From the IMG/VR virus record IMGVR_UViG_3300001533_001980, positions 1 to 52,455 of that record: 52,455 nucleotides of DNA. One strand, written 5' to 3'. A model generated the notes under the pieces. That model made no database searches. It saw only the letters and a program-made list of their open reading frames with translations, and was not told the origin of the DNA. Position numbers and translations under genes: made by a program. Numbering within the stretch: position 1 is the first letter of the stretch; each line of letters begins with the position of its first letter. Origin of the DNA: a virus (taxonomy: Duplodnaviria > Caudoviricetes). Of the stretch, positions 19,509 to 28,967 are shown piece by piece.

Positions 19509-20560
19509 TTGTCCGAACACTCAAACTCAAGCTGACGAAATCCCAGGAGGTCACTCTTGATGGCTGGCTTTGGAATCTTACTGGCGTATGGAATTTTGCG
19601 ATTCGCAAGATAGAGTTGGATGCTCGTGACAAGGTTTACCATTCACAGAATTACCTTCGGAATCTACTCTCTAATCACTCCAGTCGGTTAGGTATACCCT
19701 CTCACACATTGCAGGGCATGCTTTCACAGGCGTATCTGGCGTGGCAAAGATGTTTCCAAAAGAAAGCCAAGAAGCCAAGGCTCAAGGGAAACCGAAATAA
19801 ACTGAATTCCATTCCCTTCCCTGATCCATTACGACCACCCAAGGACAACAGGATTGCCATTCCCGGACTTGGCAAGGTTAGATGCTACAAGCAAGACTTG
19901 CCGGAAGTCAGAATCAAGTGCGGCAGAATAGTAAAGCGGGCTTCGGGTTGGTATTTCTGTCTCTGGATTGATACGGTGCATTCATTCCTCGTTCAAGATA
20001 CTGATAAAGCCGTTGGGATTGATCCAGGTTTCGATACCCTGCTTACCCTGTCCGACGGAACAAAGATAGAGAATCCCCGTGAGTTACGTAAGGGAGCGGC
20101 AAGGCTTGCTCAAGCCCAACGAGAACATGACAAGAAGTTGACAGCAAGGTTGCTTGATCGGCAAGCAAACAGAAGGCGTGACAGAAATCACAAAATCTCA
20201 AGGAAACTGGTCGAAGAAAACAAGACTATTTACTACAGCGATGACAACTTCAAAGGAATGGCAAGGAGATTCGGAAAGTCGGTTACGGAAGCAGGGTTGA
20301 ACCAACTGATTGCTATGATGAACTACAAGGGCACTGCAAGCGGTAGAGAAGTTATTCCAGTCAATTCATTTAGAACCACCATGACTTGCTCGGCTTGTGG
20401 GGCCTTAAGTGGCCCTACGGGATCGAGCGGGCTTGCGGTAAGGAATTGGGAATGTTCTGCTTGTGGGGCAGTTCACGACAGGGATATCAACTCTGCCGTG
20501 ACAGTTCTTAATACTGGGCTGGGAATCAGCCACGAGAGGAGATTAAGCAATGCAGCCTAA
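19505..20560 (+). CDS. tnpB: TnpB RNA-guided nuclease family, atypical RuvC-II
   Basis: GIDPG, TTMTCSACG/CSACG zinc ribbon, HDRDINSA; IYYSDD occupies the position of I..EDL. Confidence 0.92.
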   Translation: MIVRTLKLKLTKSQEVTLDGWLWNLTGVWNFAIRKIELDARDKVYHSQNYLRNLLSNHSSRLGIPSHTLQGMLSQAYLAWQRCFQKKAKKPRLKGNRNKLNSIPFPDPLRPPKDNRIAIPGLGKVRCYKQDLPEVRIKCGRIVKRASGWYFCLWIDTVHSFLVQDTDKAVGIDPGFDTLLTLSDGTKIENPRELRKGAARLAQAQREHDKKLTARLLDRQANRRRDRNHKISRKLVEENKTIYYSDDNFKGMARRFGKSVTEAGLNQLIAMMNYKGTASGREVIPVNSFRTTMTCSACGALSGPTGSSGLAVRNWECSACGAVHDRDINSAVTVLNTGLGISHERRLSNAA

Positions 20561-21533
20561 TCCACATCAGGAATCTGCCGGGACTTGCTCCGGGCGGAGA
20601 TTCAGTTTTGCTTTTTATACAGATACGCACATTACCGGTGTATCCCCGAGGCATCGAGTAGACGATTTCCCGCGTTCTATTCTGGACAAGATTAGAGAGG
20701 TCTATTCCGTAGCGGAAGATCGTGGATGCGAGTTCCTGGCCTTTGGAGGGGATTTTTTCAACACCCACAGGATATTCTCCTACGAGATTCTCGGGAATGT
20801 TATGGATATTGTTGGCGGGTCTCCTTTGCCGACTTATGCCTGTATCGGCGAACATGACCTGTATGGACACAGTCCAAAGACATACGAATCATCGACACTG
20901 GCATTTTTTGCCAAACGGTGTCCCCAATTCACTAATTTATTTAGCCCGGTAGAGGTCGCGACTGGTGTCTGGTTGCACGGCAAGCATGAATGGGAGCCGG
21001 TGGGAGTTATCGATAAGCCAGAACACGCGATTGACCGTGCGGTCTATAATATTCTTGTTTGTCACGAATTGATTACGAATCGGCAGGCTCCTTTTGATGT
21101 AACCCATACGAGTGTCTTTCAGAATTGCCCATACGATCTGGTGGTGTCGGGTGATTTGCATAACGGATATGATCCCCACGAAGTCAATGGGACATGGTTT
21201 TGCAATCCAGGGGCTATTGCACGCCGCTCTATATCTGATATGTGGAGTCCAACCGTGGCAATTATAGAAATTGAAAAGGGCATCCCGCCCATTTTTGACA
21301 TGGTGAGGCTGAAATCCGCTCGCCCTCACGACGAAGTATTCGGAGAGGGCATCGCGGAGGTTGCCTTGACAAAAGAAAACAAGGAGAGGGATGGGCACGA
21401 GTTAGCCGAAGAGTTGATGAAATTTGAAGTAGAATCGGTAGACGTACATGACCTTATCCAGAAAGCCGGGAGGGCAAAAGGAATTAAGGAGCCGGTGTTA
21501 CACTACCTATCTACTAAAAAACCAGAAGAATAA
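20550..21533 (+). CDS. sbcD: SbcD/Mre11-like metallophosphoesterase nuclease
   Basis: TDTH, GGDFF, GEHD, VCHE, SGDLH, NPGAIAR. Confidence 0.9.
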   Translation: MQPNPHQESAGTCSGRRFSFAFYTDTHITGVSPRHRVDDFPRSILDKIREVYSVAEDRGCEFLAFGGDFFNTHRIFSYEILGNVMDIVGGSPLPTYACIGEHDLYGHSPKTYESSTLAFFAKRCPQFTNLFSPVEVATGVWLHGKHEWEPVGVIDKPEHAIDRAVYNILVCHELITNRQAPFDVTHTSVFQNCPYDLVVSGDLHNGYDPHEVNGTWFCNPGAIARRSISDMWSPTVAIIEIEKGIPPIFDMVRLKSARPHDEVFGEGIAEVALTKENKERDGHELAEELMKFEVESVDVHDLIQKAGRAKGIKEPVLHYLSTKKPEE

Positions 21534-21553
21534 AATAACAGTGGAGGCGAGAG

Positions 21554-22804
21554 ATGAGTGAAGACGATAGAGATGGCATTTTTTCAGGAGAGGATGAGTT
21601 TGGCGGCTTTGAGACCGACTTCGGTGATTTGGATGGAGATAATATGTCCGAACTCGCAGCGGATGAAGAGGATGGCGCGGGCGACGAAGAGGGGAGCAAT
21701 GTAGGTAACTGCGAAGCGGATAAGGTAGCAGAGAACGAATCCGAAGTCGCTAAGCCTGTTCAGGCAAAGAAGACTCGACTCAGGAAGACAGCAATAAAGC
21801 CTACGACAGCAGTCCAGAAGATTGTTAAGGAGATGATGCGAAAGGCGGGAATCGATACGTTGCCGAACCTTTCGCATCTCATGCGAGATAAAGAGGGGAT
21901 GCGGGTATCCGTATCCGATATCGCCCTGTTCACCGAGCCTCCAGCCGACGACGCATTGTCTTCCATTGCCGAGAAGATACCCAATCGCAATATCGTCAAT
22001 TTAAGTGCCGAGCTGGAAAGGAAGCGTATCGTTCTGATCGGCACCGAAATTCTGAAGGCTGGTCGTATGTACCAACCGATTCAGGTTGCGGATATCGTCG
22101 AGAATGGAAAGCCGACTGGAAATCTCCAGTGTACAAGTGGAAGGCACAGGCTGGCGTTCATTGCCTTGGCTTACGGATCGAATGCTAACATTCCGGTGTA
22201 TGTCGAAAATATGACATTAAACGAGGCGAGAGACGCCGTTGTCGTCGCGAATCAGGCAAGACGCACGCAGACACTTGAGAAGGCTGAGCATGCCGTTCTT
22301 GGAGCCGTAGGCGGCAATGCTGATGCGGAACAAAAGGCCATTTACGACGCTACGGCAACAAACAAGACGGGGGCTCGCAAGTATTGTCTATACAGCGTAT
22401 TCGAGAAGGGGTACCCGTCCAAGTTGGAGTTCTCGATATCGACGACTCCATCTCGTAAGGGCGGAGGGCTTACCACGGTGAGTAATATAGAAAGCTTCTG
22501 GAAGTTAGCACTCACCTGGACGAAAGATATGTCGTGGAAGAAGTTTGATAGCGCCCTGAAAGGCTCCATTGTCTTCTTGAATGGCGTGGTCTCGTCCATG
22601 CAGAAAGATGAGGCTTTCGATCCGGCTCAGCATTTGTCAGCGATGACTCTTTCGGCTATTGGCAAATGGTATCGGGCTTATGTGGATATGGTCGGTATCC
22701 CCAATCCCGATGCCGTGGCTAAGGCAGTTGTCGGGATGGGCGATATTGGTCGGCAGAAGTCCGATACTACCTATCAGGCACTAACCGAAATGATGCGGTC
22801 GTAG
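21554..22804 (+). CDS. ParB/Srx-like domain protein with acidic N-terminus
   Basis: GRMYQPIQV...CTSGRHRL. Confidence 0.7.
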   Translation: MSEDDRDGIFSGEDEFGGFETDFGDLDGDNMSELAADEEDGAGDEEGSNVGNCEADKVAENESEVAKPVQAKKTRLRKTAIKPTTAVQKIVKEMMRKAGIDTLPNLSHLMRDKEGMRVSVSDIALFTEPPADDALSSIAEKIPNRNIVNLSAELERKRIVLIGTEILKAGRMYQPIQVADIVENGKPTGNLQCTSGRHRLAFIALAYGSNANIPVYVENMTLNEARDAVVVANQARRTQTLEKAEHAVLGAVGGNADAEQKAIYDATATNKTGARKYCLYSVFEKGYPSKLEFSISTTPSRKGGGLTTVSNIESFWKLALTWTKDMSWKKFDSALKGSIVFLNGVVSSMQKDEAFDPAQHLSAMTLSAIGKWYRAYVDMVGIPNPDAVAKAVVGMGDIGRQKSDTTYQALTEMMRS

Positions 22805-22819
22805 CGTCGTGGGTAGCGA

Positions 22820-22849
22820 CGGGGCTGTCCTTGCATAAGGACAGCCCCG
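22820..22849 (+). terminator. Perfect 13-bp hairpin after the ParB-like gene
   Basis: cggggctgtcctt-gcat-aaggacagccccg; no U-tract. Confidence 0.5.
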
Positions 22850-23041
22850 CCGAGATGGGTTGGGAGCGAGGCTACAGAACAGACTTCGGATGTTTTGCTT
22901 GTTTTAACAAAAGGGAAACCCAAAACCTTCAATCCAATTCAAGAAAAATGCTATCGCCTTTAGGTTTGCGCCCATAGGAGTACCGGTATCGGTTGATCGT
23001 GACGCAAAGCGTTGTGTTACTTCCTCCGGTACCATGTTGTG

Positions 23042-23701
23042 ATGATTGTCATATGTTCACAGCAAGCGTTAAATCCAGCAGGAGTTGCTCGGGTATGCCG
23101 TGAAAATCCCAGCGAAGAAGTTTATGCGCTACCCTGGGTGACGAATTCGAGTGAGTTAGATGAAAACTTCAAGGCTAACAGGACAAGTCCGAATCGGATG
23201 CTGCCGTGTGTCCCAAACAAGGAACACGCGGAAGGGGAAAGTCTGAATTTCTATGACCGCCTTGAAGACGATGCTTTCGGAACTATGGCGGATGCCTTGG
23301 CCCACGGAGCACTGGTTCTCAATGAGATAATGAAGCCTTCGTGCGAGAGCGCATTCTACGGAAGGGTGTTATCTCCGGGGTGGGTTCCTAACTCTGTCGC
23401 CATTATGAACAGCACGACGGCGGATCGTCTCATCCCATGTGAGCCCTTATCCGCTAGGCTATACGCCATGACGACGGTGCCAGTTATGGTGAAATGTACG
23501 AGTGATTTCAAAGAATCGACGGGATGCTCGGTCGAAGAAATTCCAGTTTTGTTGGCAACAGATTTCATTCCGCGCATCGGGGCTTTTATGCAGTTCTACA
23601 AGTTGTTTTCGGGAAAGGACTGTGTTTTTTCCGCCCCCATCGAGGACTTTTCTGGTCATTTACCCCTCCGGTGGAGGTATAATCGGGCATACAAGGTGTG
23701 A
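23042..23701 (+). CDS. Hypothetical protein abutting dnaE
   Basis: ORF ends 1 nt before the dnaE start; its own start is uncertain. Confidence 0.55.
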   Translation: MIVICSQQALNPAGVARVCRENPSEEVYALPWVTNSSELDENFKANRTSPNRMLPCVPNKEHAEGESLNFYDRLEDDAFGTMADALAHGALVLNEIMKPSCESAFYGRVLSPGWVPNSVAIMNSTTADRLIPCEPLSARLYAMTTVPVMVKCTSDFKESTGCSVEEIPVLLATDFIPRIGAFMQFYKLFSGKDCVFSAPIEDFSGHLPLRWRYNRAYKV

Positions 23702-23702
23702 A

Positions 23703-25334
23703 ATGCTAGAAGACTTCTACGATAAGTATGACGTTCCCATTGGGGATAGGATTCCATTGGAGAAAAATATCCTCCTCGTGGTTCCGTCCCCCAAGTACGA
23801 CATATCGGAAGCGGTGAATGGACTGGGAGTATCTCGCTATGAGGTTGCCGTTACGTGGCCCAAAGACTCGATTGACATGCTCGCCGAAATTTGTGCGATG
23901 AAACCCAAGTTCGTTATCCAGTGTGGGCGCGGAATCACTCGCAAATTCCCCGCTGCCGAGACGGATGCGGAATTTAAGTGCTTTCGAGATAGGGCAATAG
24001 CCGCGACCGCTGATTCATTTGTCGGGCTTCACCACCATGACGAATTCAGCATTCGTGATGGGCTGGGGACGGTGAAGAGTCTGGTGGAATTGCTAAAAAA
24101 ACAGCGTCGATCTTTCTGTTGCGTGTCGAATCACGGGACGGTTGGCGGGTGGGTTCGCCAATATAGAGCGTGCAAGAGCGCGGGAGTGAAGCCAATTTTT
24201 GCCATGGAGGCGTATGTCTCCTCGTACCGGGGAGACGATGCCGAGCGTAAGAAAAAACATCGCAAGGCAAACCATCTTCTCTTGATTGCCAGGACGAGAG
24301 AGGGGTTCGACAACATCATTCGCATTCACAATGACGCGCAACTCAATGGGTTCTATTACAGTCCTCGTGTAGACCGAAAAGCAATTCGCAAGTGGGGCAA
24401 GGGCATATGTGCGACTTCGGCGTGTATGAAAGGCGAATTGCCCGAACTTCTCATGGAGAATCAATACCATCGCGCTCGCCGTCTGTATGAATTTTACGCT
24501 AAGTGTTTTGACCAGTTCTACATTGAGGTTCAGATTATCGAATGCGAGATGCAACGGGAGGTCAATCGAAGGCTTGTCAAGTTCGCACAGGACGTAGGGG
24601 CACCTTTGGTGATTGGTTGCGACTCCCATTACCTTGAGCCAGAACACGATTCTACCCACAACATTCTCATGTGTATTCGTCAGGGCAAGACTGTTATGGA
24701 GCAGAAGGAGCGTGACGATATTTGGGAATTCGACGTTGGAAACCTCTACTATCGAAATGCAGAGCAAGTTCGCCGTGGATTCTACAAGCCCTTCAAGGAG
24801 AAGGGGGCGGACTCAGAATCTCCTGCATTTTGCGACGATGTATTCACGGATGAAGTGTTCGAGTCCGCTATGGCGAATACTCGACTTATTGCCGTGGATT
24901 CCGAGATTATTGAGCTGGATTCTACCATTCGGCTACCTTGTCTGTATCCTGACGGGCGCAGTATTTTGCGCAATAAGGTCAACGATGGCTTCAGACGCAG
25001 GGGGCTCGATAATGGGTCGTCATATCTGGCTCAAGATGGTAAAAAAGTGAAGATTCCAGCTCAAGCATATATAGACAGACTGTGTATGGAGTTCGATGTC
25101 ATAACCAAGTTAGGATGGACGGACTATTTCCTGATCGTTGAAAAGATTGTCTCTGACGCCAAGGCAAAATACGGAGAATGGGTTGTTGGGATGGGGAGAG
25201 GAAGTGCAGCCGGTTCGGTGGTGTGTTATTGCCTTGGGATTACAGATGTAGATCCGCTCGTACATGGTCTTCTTTTCGAGCGATTTCTCTCGGCAGACAG
25301 AGTTGGAATTTCCGCTTGCTCTTTTGAGGTGTGA
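23703..25334 (+). CDS. dnaE: DNA polymerase III alpha, N-terminal part (PHP + start of palm)
   Basis: LHHHDEFSIRDG, SACMKGE, DSHY, GRGSAAGS, LLFERFL, then stop. Confidence 0.92.
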   Translation: MLEDFYDKYDVPIGDRIPLEKNILLVVPSPKYDISEAVNGLGVSRYEVAVTWPKDSIDMLAEICAMKPKFVIQCGRGITRKFPAAETDAEFKCFRDRAIAATADSFVGLHHHDEFSIRDGLGTVKSLVELLKKQRRSFCCVSNHGTVGGWVRQYRACKSAGVKPIFAMEAYVSSYRGDDAERKKKHRKANHLLLIARTREGFDNIIRIHNDAQLNGFYYSPRVDRKAIRKWGKGICATSACMKGELPELLMENQYHRARRLYEFYAKCFDQFYIEVQIIECEMQREVNRRLVKFAQDVGAPLVIGCDSHYLEPEHDSTHNILMCIRQGKTVMEQKERDDIWEFDVGNLYYRNAEQVRRGFYKPFKEKGADSESPAFCDDVFTDEVFESAMANTRLIAVDSEIIELDSTIRLPCLYPDGRSILRNKVNDGFRRRGLDNGSSYLAQDGKKVKIPAQAYIDRLCMEFDVITKLGWTDYFLIVEKIVSDAKAKYGEWVVGMGRGSAAGSVVCYCLGITDVDPLVHGLLFERFLSADRVGISACSFEV

Positions 25335-25338
25335 ACGC

Positions 25339-27627
25339 ATGACATCTATTGAAAAACTGATAGAAATATGTGATGCGAGGTTGGTTGAATTAGGGTTATC
25401 ATCCGAGTATCGCGTTAGAATGGAAGACGAGGTTCTCCACCTTGAGAGATGGCATGATTACGGCAATCGAGACATGGCGGCTGAGCTTTTGAGCAAGATG
25501 GGCAATTCCCCCGTTCCGTCAAATAAGTCTGGCTCCTTGATATTGTTTCTTATGGGGATTTCGTCGGTTGATCCAATAGAACATGGCATCCCGATGTCCA
25601 GTGCGACAATCAGGAGCGGAGACGCTCCCGACATAGATAATGATTTTGACCCACGATATAGAGAGGACATTAAGCGTCATATCGTGGAGTCATTCGGGGA
25701 AGAGCGTGTCTGCTCGATTGGATCGTATCAAACCTATCGAACAAGTTCCGTGCTGACCGATGTAGCCCGAACGCTCGGTCTGGATATTCATGAGATTCGG
25801 GCTATAACTAAAAAGATTCAACCATTGCAGTCTTTCGAGGACGAAGAGGGGCAAGAGCAGAAGGTTGATGATATGAGTTTTGATGATTTATGCGAGCATT
25901 ATCCTGACCTGAAGGCATACCTTGAAAAGTATCCAGCGGTACGGAGGCACGCAGAAGTTCTCCGCAATCAAGTCAAGAACATGGGGACGCACGCAGGGGG
26001 CGTAATTATATCAGACCTCAATTTGCAAGGGCGAATACCTGTTCTATATGATAAGCCATCCAGTGAATCCAGAAAGATCATTTCGGCATGGGCTGAGGCA
26101 CCCGGCAAGAGCGAAGATTTGAGCGAGGTAGGACTTGTAAAATTCGATATTTTAGGGCTGAACACCCTTTCTGTTATATCGGACTGCATGGCACTGATTG
26201 AGAAAACGAGGGGCAAGAAAATAACAAGGGAGCAAGTTCCGATTGACGACAGGGAATCAATTCGCACTTGCTCTCGTGGTGACTTGGTGGGAATCTTTCA
26301 GCTTGAAAATCCAGCGACATTACCGGTGGCAAGGGAGGTGGCCCTTGAGACTCTTGGCGACGTTTCCGCTTTGACCTCTCTCATTCGCCCCGGACCAAGA
26401 GACATGGGGATGGATATGGAGTATGCTCGACGCAAGCATGGTCATCCCTACGTTATGCCTGATTTTCTAAAGCGCATGCTGGCAGACACATACGGAACAG
26501 TGGTTTTTCAGGAGCAGGCGATGTCTGTCGCACAGAAGATAGCGGGTCTTTCCAAGCCAGAATCTTACGGATTTGTTAAAGCAATCGCTAAGAAGCTGAA
26601 AGACAAAATGGCATCATTTCATCAGAAATTCAGAGATGGTTCCAAGCCACTACGAGATTCTGGCGAGCTGACTATGGAAGATGTTGATGCGATTTACAAT
26701 TTGCTGGAGACTTTTGCAGGATATGCGTTCAACCGGGCACATGCCGTCTCATATTCAGCTATTAGTACGATTCAGTTATGGTTAAAATACCATTATTTTC
26801 CCGAATTCTTGTGTGCCCTCATCAATAATACCGATCCTGGCAAGAAGAAACATGGTTCTTCCAATATCATGGTGGATTACATAAATTATTCTCGTCGAAG
26901 AGGCGTTGCTGTGCTCGGACCCCATATAAGTAAGAGCAAGGGGAGTTTCACGCTAGACAATGGAGATATTCGTTTTTCGCTGGGGCACATCAAGTACGTG
27001 GCGACTATGGCAAATGTAATCGAGTCGTTTCAGCCCATCGTCAGCATGGAGGATTTTCACGAAAGGGTGAAAGTAACGAGCGTAGGAAAGACGGGGCGCA
27101 AAACAAGTCGGAGACCTAACAAGCGGCAAGTGGAGAGTCTTATTGCGGCTGGTGCTTTTGACCATTTAGGGACTCGCAATGATGTAGCAGCGAAATACTA
27201 TGAATTAAGAAAGGGCAAGGAGGAAGATCCCCCGGAGAGAACTGATGATGAATGGGTAAATATGGAAAAAGAGGTAATTGGGGTATGCCTGTCAAAAGAA
27301 CCACTTTACAAACAGTATGAAGAACTCATTCGCAAGAATAAGTGGACGGCGATTCATGGGATAAGTGACAAGAAGAAAGTCCGGGTGTTCGGCAAGGTTG
27401 AAAATATTAGTCCTCATACGTCCAAGGCTGGCAACTCAATGTATATAGTAGTCCTTGGTGATGGTTTGGACGTTATGAAATTTTTCGTATTTGCTGGCGG
27501 CATGGAGTTCTTCCGTGAGAATGTTAAGATTGGGAATATCGGAGCGTTTCCACTGGATAGGTTTGACGACTCGGATACCCGTTTTTTTGATGATCGGGGT
27601 AATGTTGAAATTCTCAAAATGAAGTAG
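25339..27627 (+). CDS. dnaE: DNA polymerase III alpha, C-terminal part (catalytic Asps, fingers, HhH, OB)
   Basis: PDIDNDFD, HAGGV, KFDILGL, IRPGP, FQEQ, YAFNRAHA; GAGGTG RBS. Confidence 0.93.
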   Translation: MTSIEKLIEICDARLVELGLSSEYRVRMEDEVLHLERWHDYGNRDMAAELLSKMGNSPVPSNKSGSLILFLMGISSVDPIEHGIPMSSATIRSGDAPDIDNDFDPRYREDIKRHIVESFGEERVCSIGSYQTYRTSSVLTDVARTLGLDIHEIRAITKKIQPLQSFEDEEGQEQKVDDMSFDDLCEHYPDLKAYLEKYPAVRRHAEVLRNQVKNMGTHAGGVIISDLNLQGRIPVLYDKPSSESRKIISAWAEAPGKSEDLSEVGLVKFDILGLNTLSVISDCMALIEKTRGKKITREQVPIDDRESIRTCSRGDLVGIFQLENPATLPVAREVALETLGDVSALTSLIRPGPRDMGMDMEYARRKHGHPYVMPDFLKRMLADTYGTVVFQEQAMSVAQKIAGLSKPESYGFVKAIAKKLKDKMASFHQKFRDGSKPLRDSGELTMEDVDAIYNLLETFAGYAFNRAHAVSYSAISTIQLWLKYHYFPEFLCALINNTDPGKKKHGSSNIMVDYINYSRRRGVAVLGPHISKSKGSFTLDNGDIRFSLGHIKYVATMANVIESFQPIVSMEDFHERVKVTSVGKTGRKTSRRPNKRQVESLIAAGAFDHLGTRNDVAAKYYELRKGKEEDPPERTDDEWVNMEKEVIGVCLSKEPLYKQYEELIRKNKWTAIHGISDKKKVRVFGKVENISPHTSKAGNSMYIVVLGDGLDVMKFFVFAGGMEFFRENVKIGNIGAFPLDRFDDSDTRFFDDRGNVEILKMK

Positions 27628-27646
27628 AAAATATAAGGAGGAGAAG

Positions 27647-28003
27647 ATGCTGGAAAAAGACACACTGATCAGGGTACAGACGAGGACGAAGGAAGATATT
27701 TTCGGAGACTGCCTGTACAAAATCGTCGAGACCGGAGTCTCGATGCCGGACCCATCGGGACAGGACTGCCTCGTGGCAGACGGTGTTAGGTGCGTGATGC
27801 TTGGGGGCTCTGGACCTTCGGCTCGCAAAGGCTTCGAGGTTATGGATCGAGAGCCCACCATCCAAGCCAACATCCGCGAGGGAATTACGGAAATCATTAC
27901 AGATGACAAACGTGCTGAAATTTTGGCATACTATGAAGATCGGGCAAAGGACGGAACTCCTCGTCGGGTGGCTCATGGTGGCTCTGGCGTCTTAGAACTA
28001 TGA
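27647..28003 (+). CDS. Hypothetical protein
   Basis: AAGGAGGAG RBS. Confidence 0.7.
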   Translation: MLEKDTLIRVQTRTKEDIFGDCLYKIVETGVSMPDPSGQDCLVADGVRCVMLGGSGPSARKGFEVMDREPTIQANIREGITEIITDDKRAEILAYYEDRAKDGTPRRVAHGGSGVLEL

Positions 28004-28008
28004 TGTCG

Positions 28009-28047
28009 AATGGGGCAGGTTAGTAAACGTCACTTACCTGTCCCATT
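28009..28047 (+). terminator. Intergenic hairpin
   Basis: aatggggcaggttagt...acttacctgtcccatt. Confidence 0.45.
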
Positions 28048-28064
28048 TGGGAAATGGAAATGGG

Positions 28065-28955
28065 ATGGTAACGATTGTAATTTGCTATCGAGCTGGAACA
28101 TCGGAAATGTTGAAGGTATGCTTGTCTAGTCTTCAGCGGCATACGAAACAGGAGGTTGCCTGTGCCGTTGTCACGACCGATGTAGATGATGGGCTTGTCT
28201 CACTCCAGAAGGAGAATCAATTCTCCCTATTTGAAGTGGATGTTCCTGACGATCCCGCATCCCGTATTCATGGAAACATGCTCGACAAAGTAATTCCCTC
28301 CGAAATAACGACAGAATACGTCCTGACTTTGGACTCTGACTGCTTTCCGGTGGCTGATTACTGGCTTAGAGATTTACTGAAAATGATGGATGATTCACGG
28401 CTGGTTGGTATCTTGCATCCTTGGGCACCACCGCCTGACGACATGGCTAAGAGCAAGATGACATGGCGAATTCGCTCGCAGCGTTGTTGGAATGGAACCC
28501 ATGTCGCCTGCCAAATGATTCGGACGGCTGATTACAAAGAGCTTCAATCTTGTGGTGTGAATTACGCAGGAGGGGACGATACGGGATTGCTTGTTCCGAT
28601 GCAGGCGGCGGCTAAGGGATGGGGCATATCTGGCTTCCGACCTACACGCTGTCCACTTCCTTCTGCGAATGGATCGCATTTCGATCCGGAGTACAATCGA
28701 ACATGTTGTGTTATTTTTGGCGATAAGATGTGTCATGTCGGATCATATACGCTATCCAAGTGCGGGATCGAAAAACGCGATTCTGCCACGTTCGAGTGGT
28801 CGGTTGGGCGTATATTGGCTGATAACGGTGCTGAATTTTTGCTTGAAGATCGACTTTCTCACCGCTACCGATTCGACTCAGAAGAAGAAGTTTCCAAGTA
28901 TGATATGGGTATTATATTTGGCGCCTGCGCCGACGGACGAACTCTTAGGGGATGA
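28065..28955 (+). CDS. GT-A (GT2-like) glycosyltransferase
   Basis: VTIVIC...LKVCLSSL; DxD motif EYVLTLDSDCF; GGDDTG. Confidence 0.8.
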   Translation: MVTIVICYRAGTSEMLKVCLSSLQRHTKQEVACAVVTTDVDDGLVSLQKENQFSLFEVDVPDDPASRIHGNMLDKVIPSEITTEYVLTLDSDCFPVADYWLRDLLKMMDDSRLVGILHPWAPPPDDMAKSKMTWRIRSQRCWNGTHVACQMIRTADYKELQSCGVNYAGGDDTGLLVPMQAAAKGWGISGFRPTRCPLPSANGSHFDPEYNRTCCVIFGDKMCHVGSYTLSKCGIEKRDSATFEWSVGRILADNGAEFLLEDRLSHRYRFDSEEEVSKYDMGIIFGACADGRTLRG

Positions 28956-28967
28956 CAAACAAGGAGA

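Larger units (their letters stand above)
19309..20604 (+). mobile_element. Non-autonomous IS200/IS605-like tnpB element inserted in the 5' end of sbcD
   Basis: Promoter TTGACA-N17-TAGGTT (19343-19371), small ORF, tnpB, right-end hairpin ending in TTCA. Removing it restores GTG-ISFER-FAFYTDTH. Ends are inferred. Confidence 0.7.

Noticed and set aside
19309-20604. IStron (group I intron-IS hybrid)
   Set aside because: Only about 70 nt precede the first ORF, leaving no room for a ribozyme.
22850-23040. tRNA or structured ncRNA in the intergenic gap
   Set aside because: No cloverleaf or T-loop motif is visible; only one simple hairpin upstream.
25264-25400. Split intein in dnaE
   Set aside because: No C/S-start intein N-block and no HN-C/S/T C-terminal motif.
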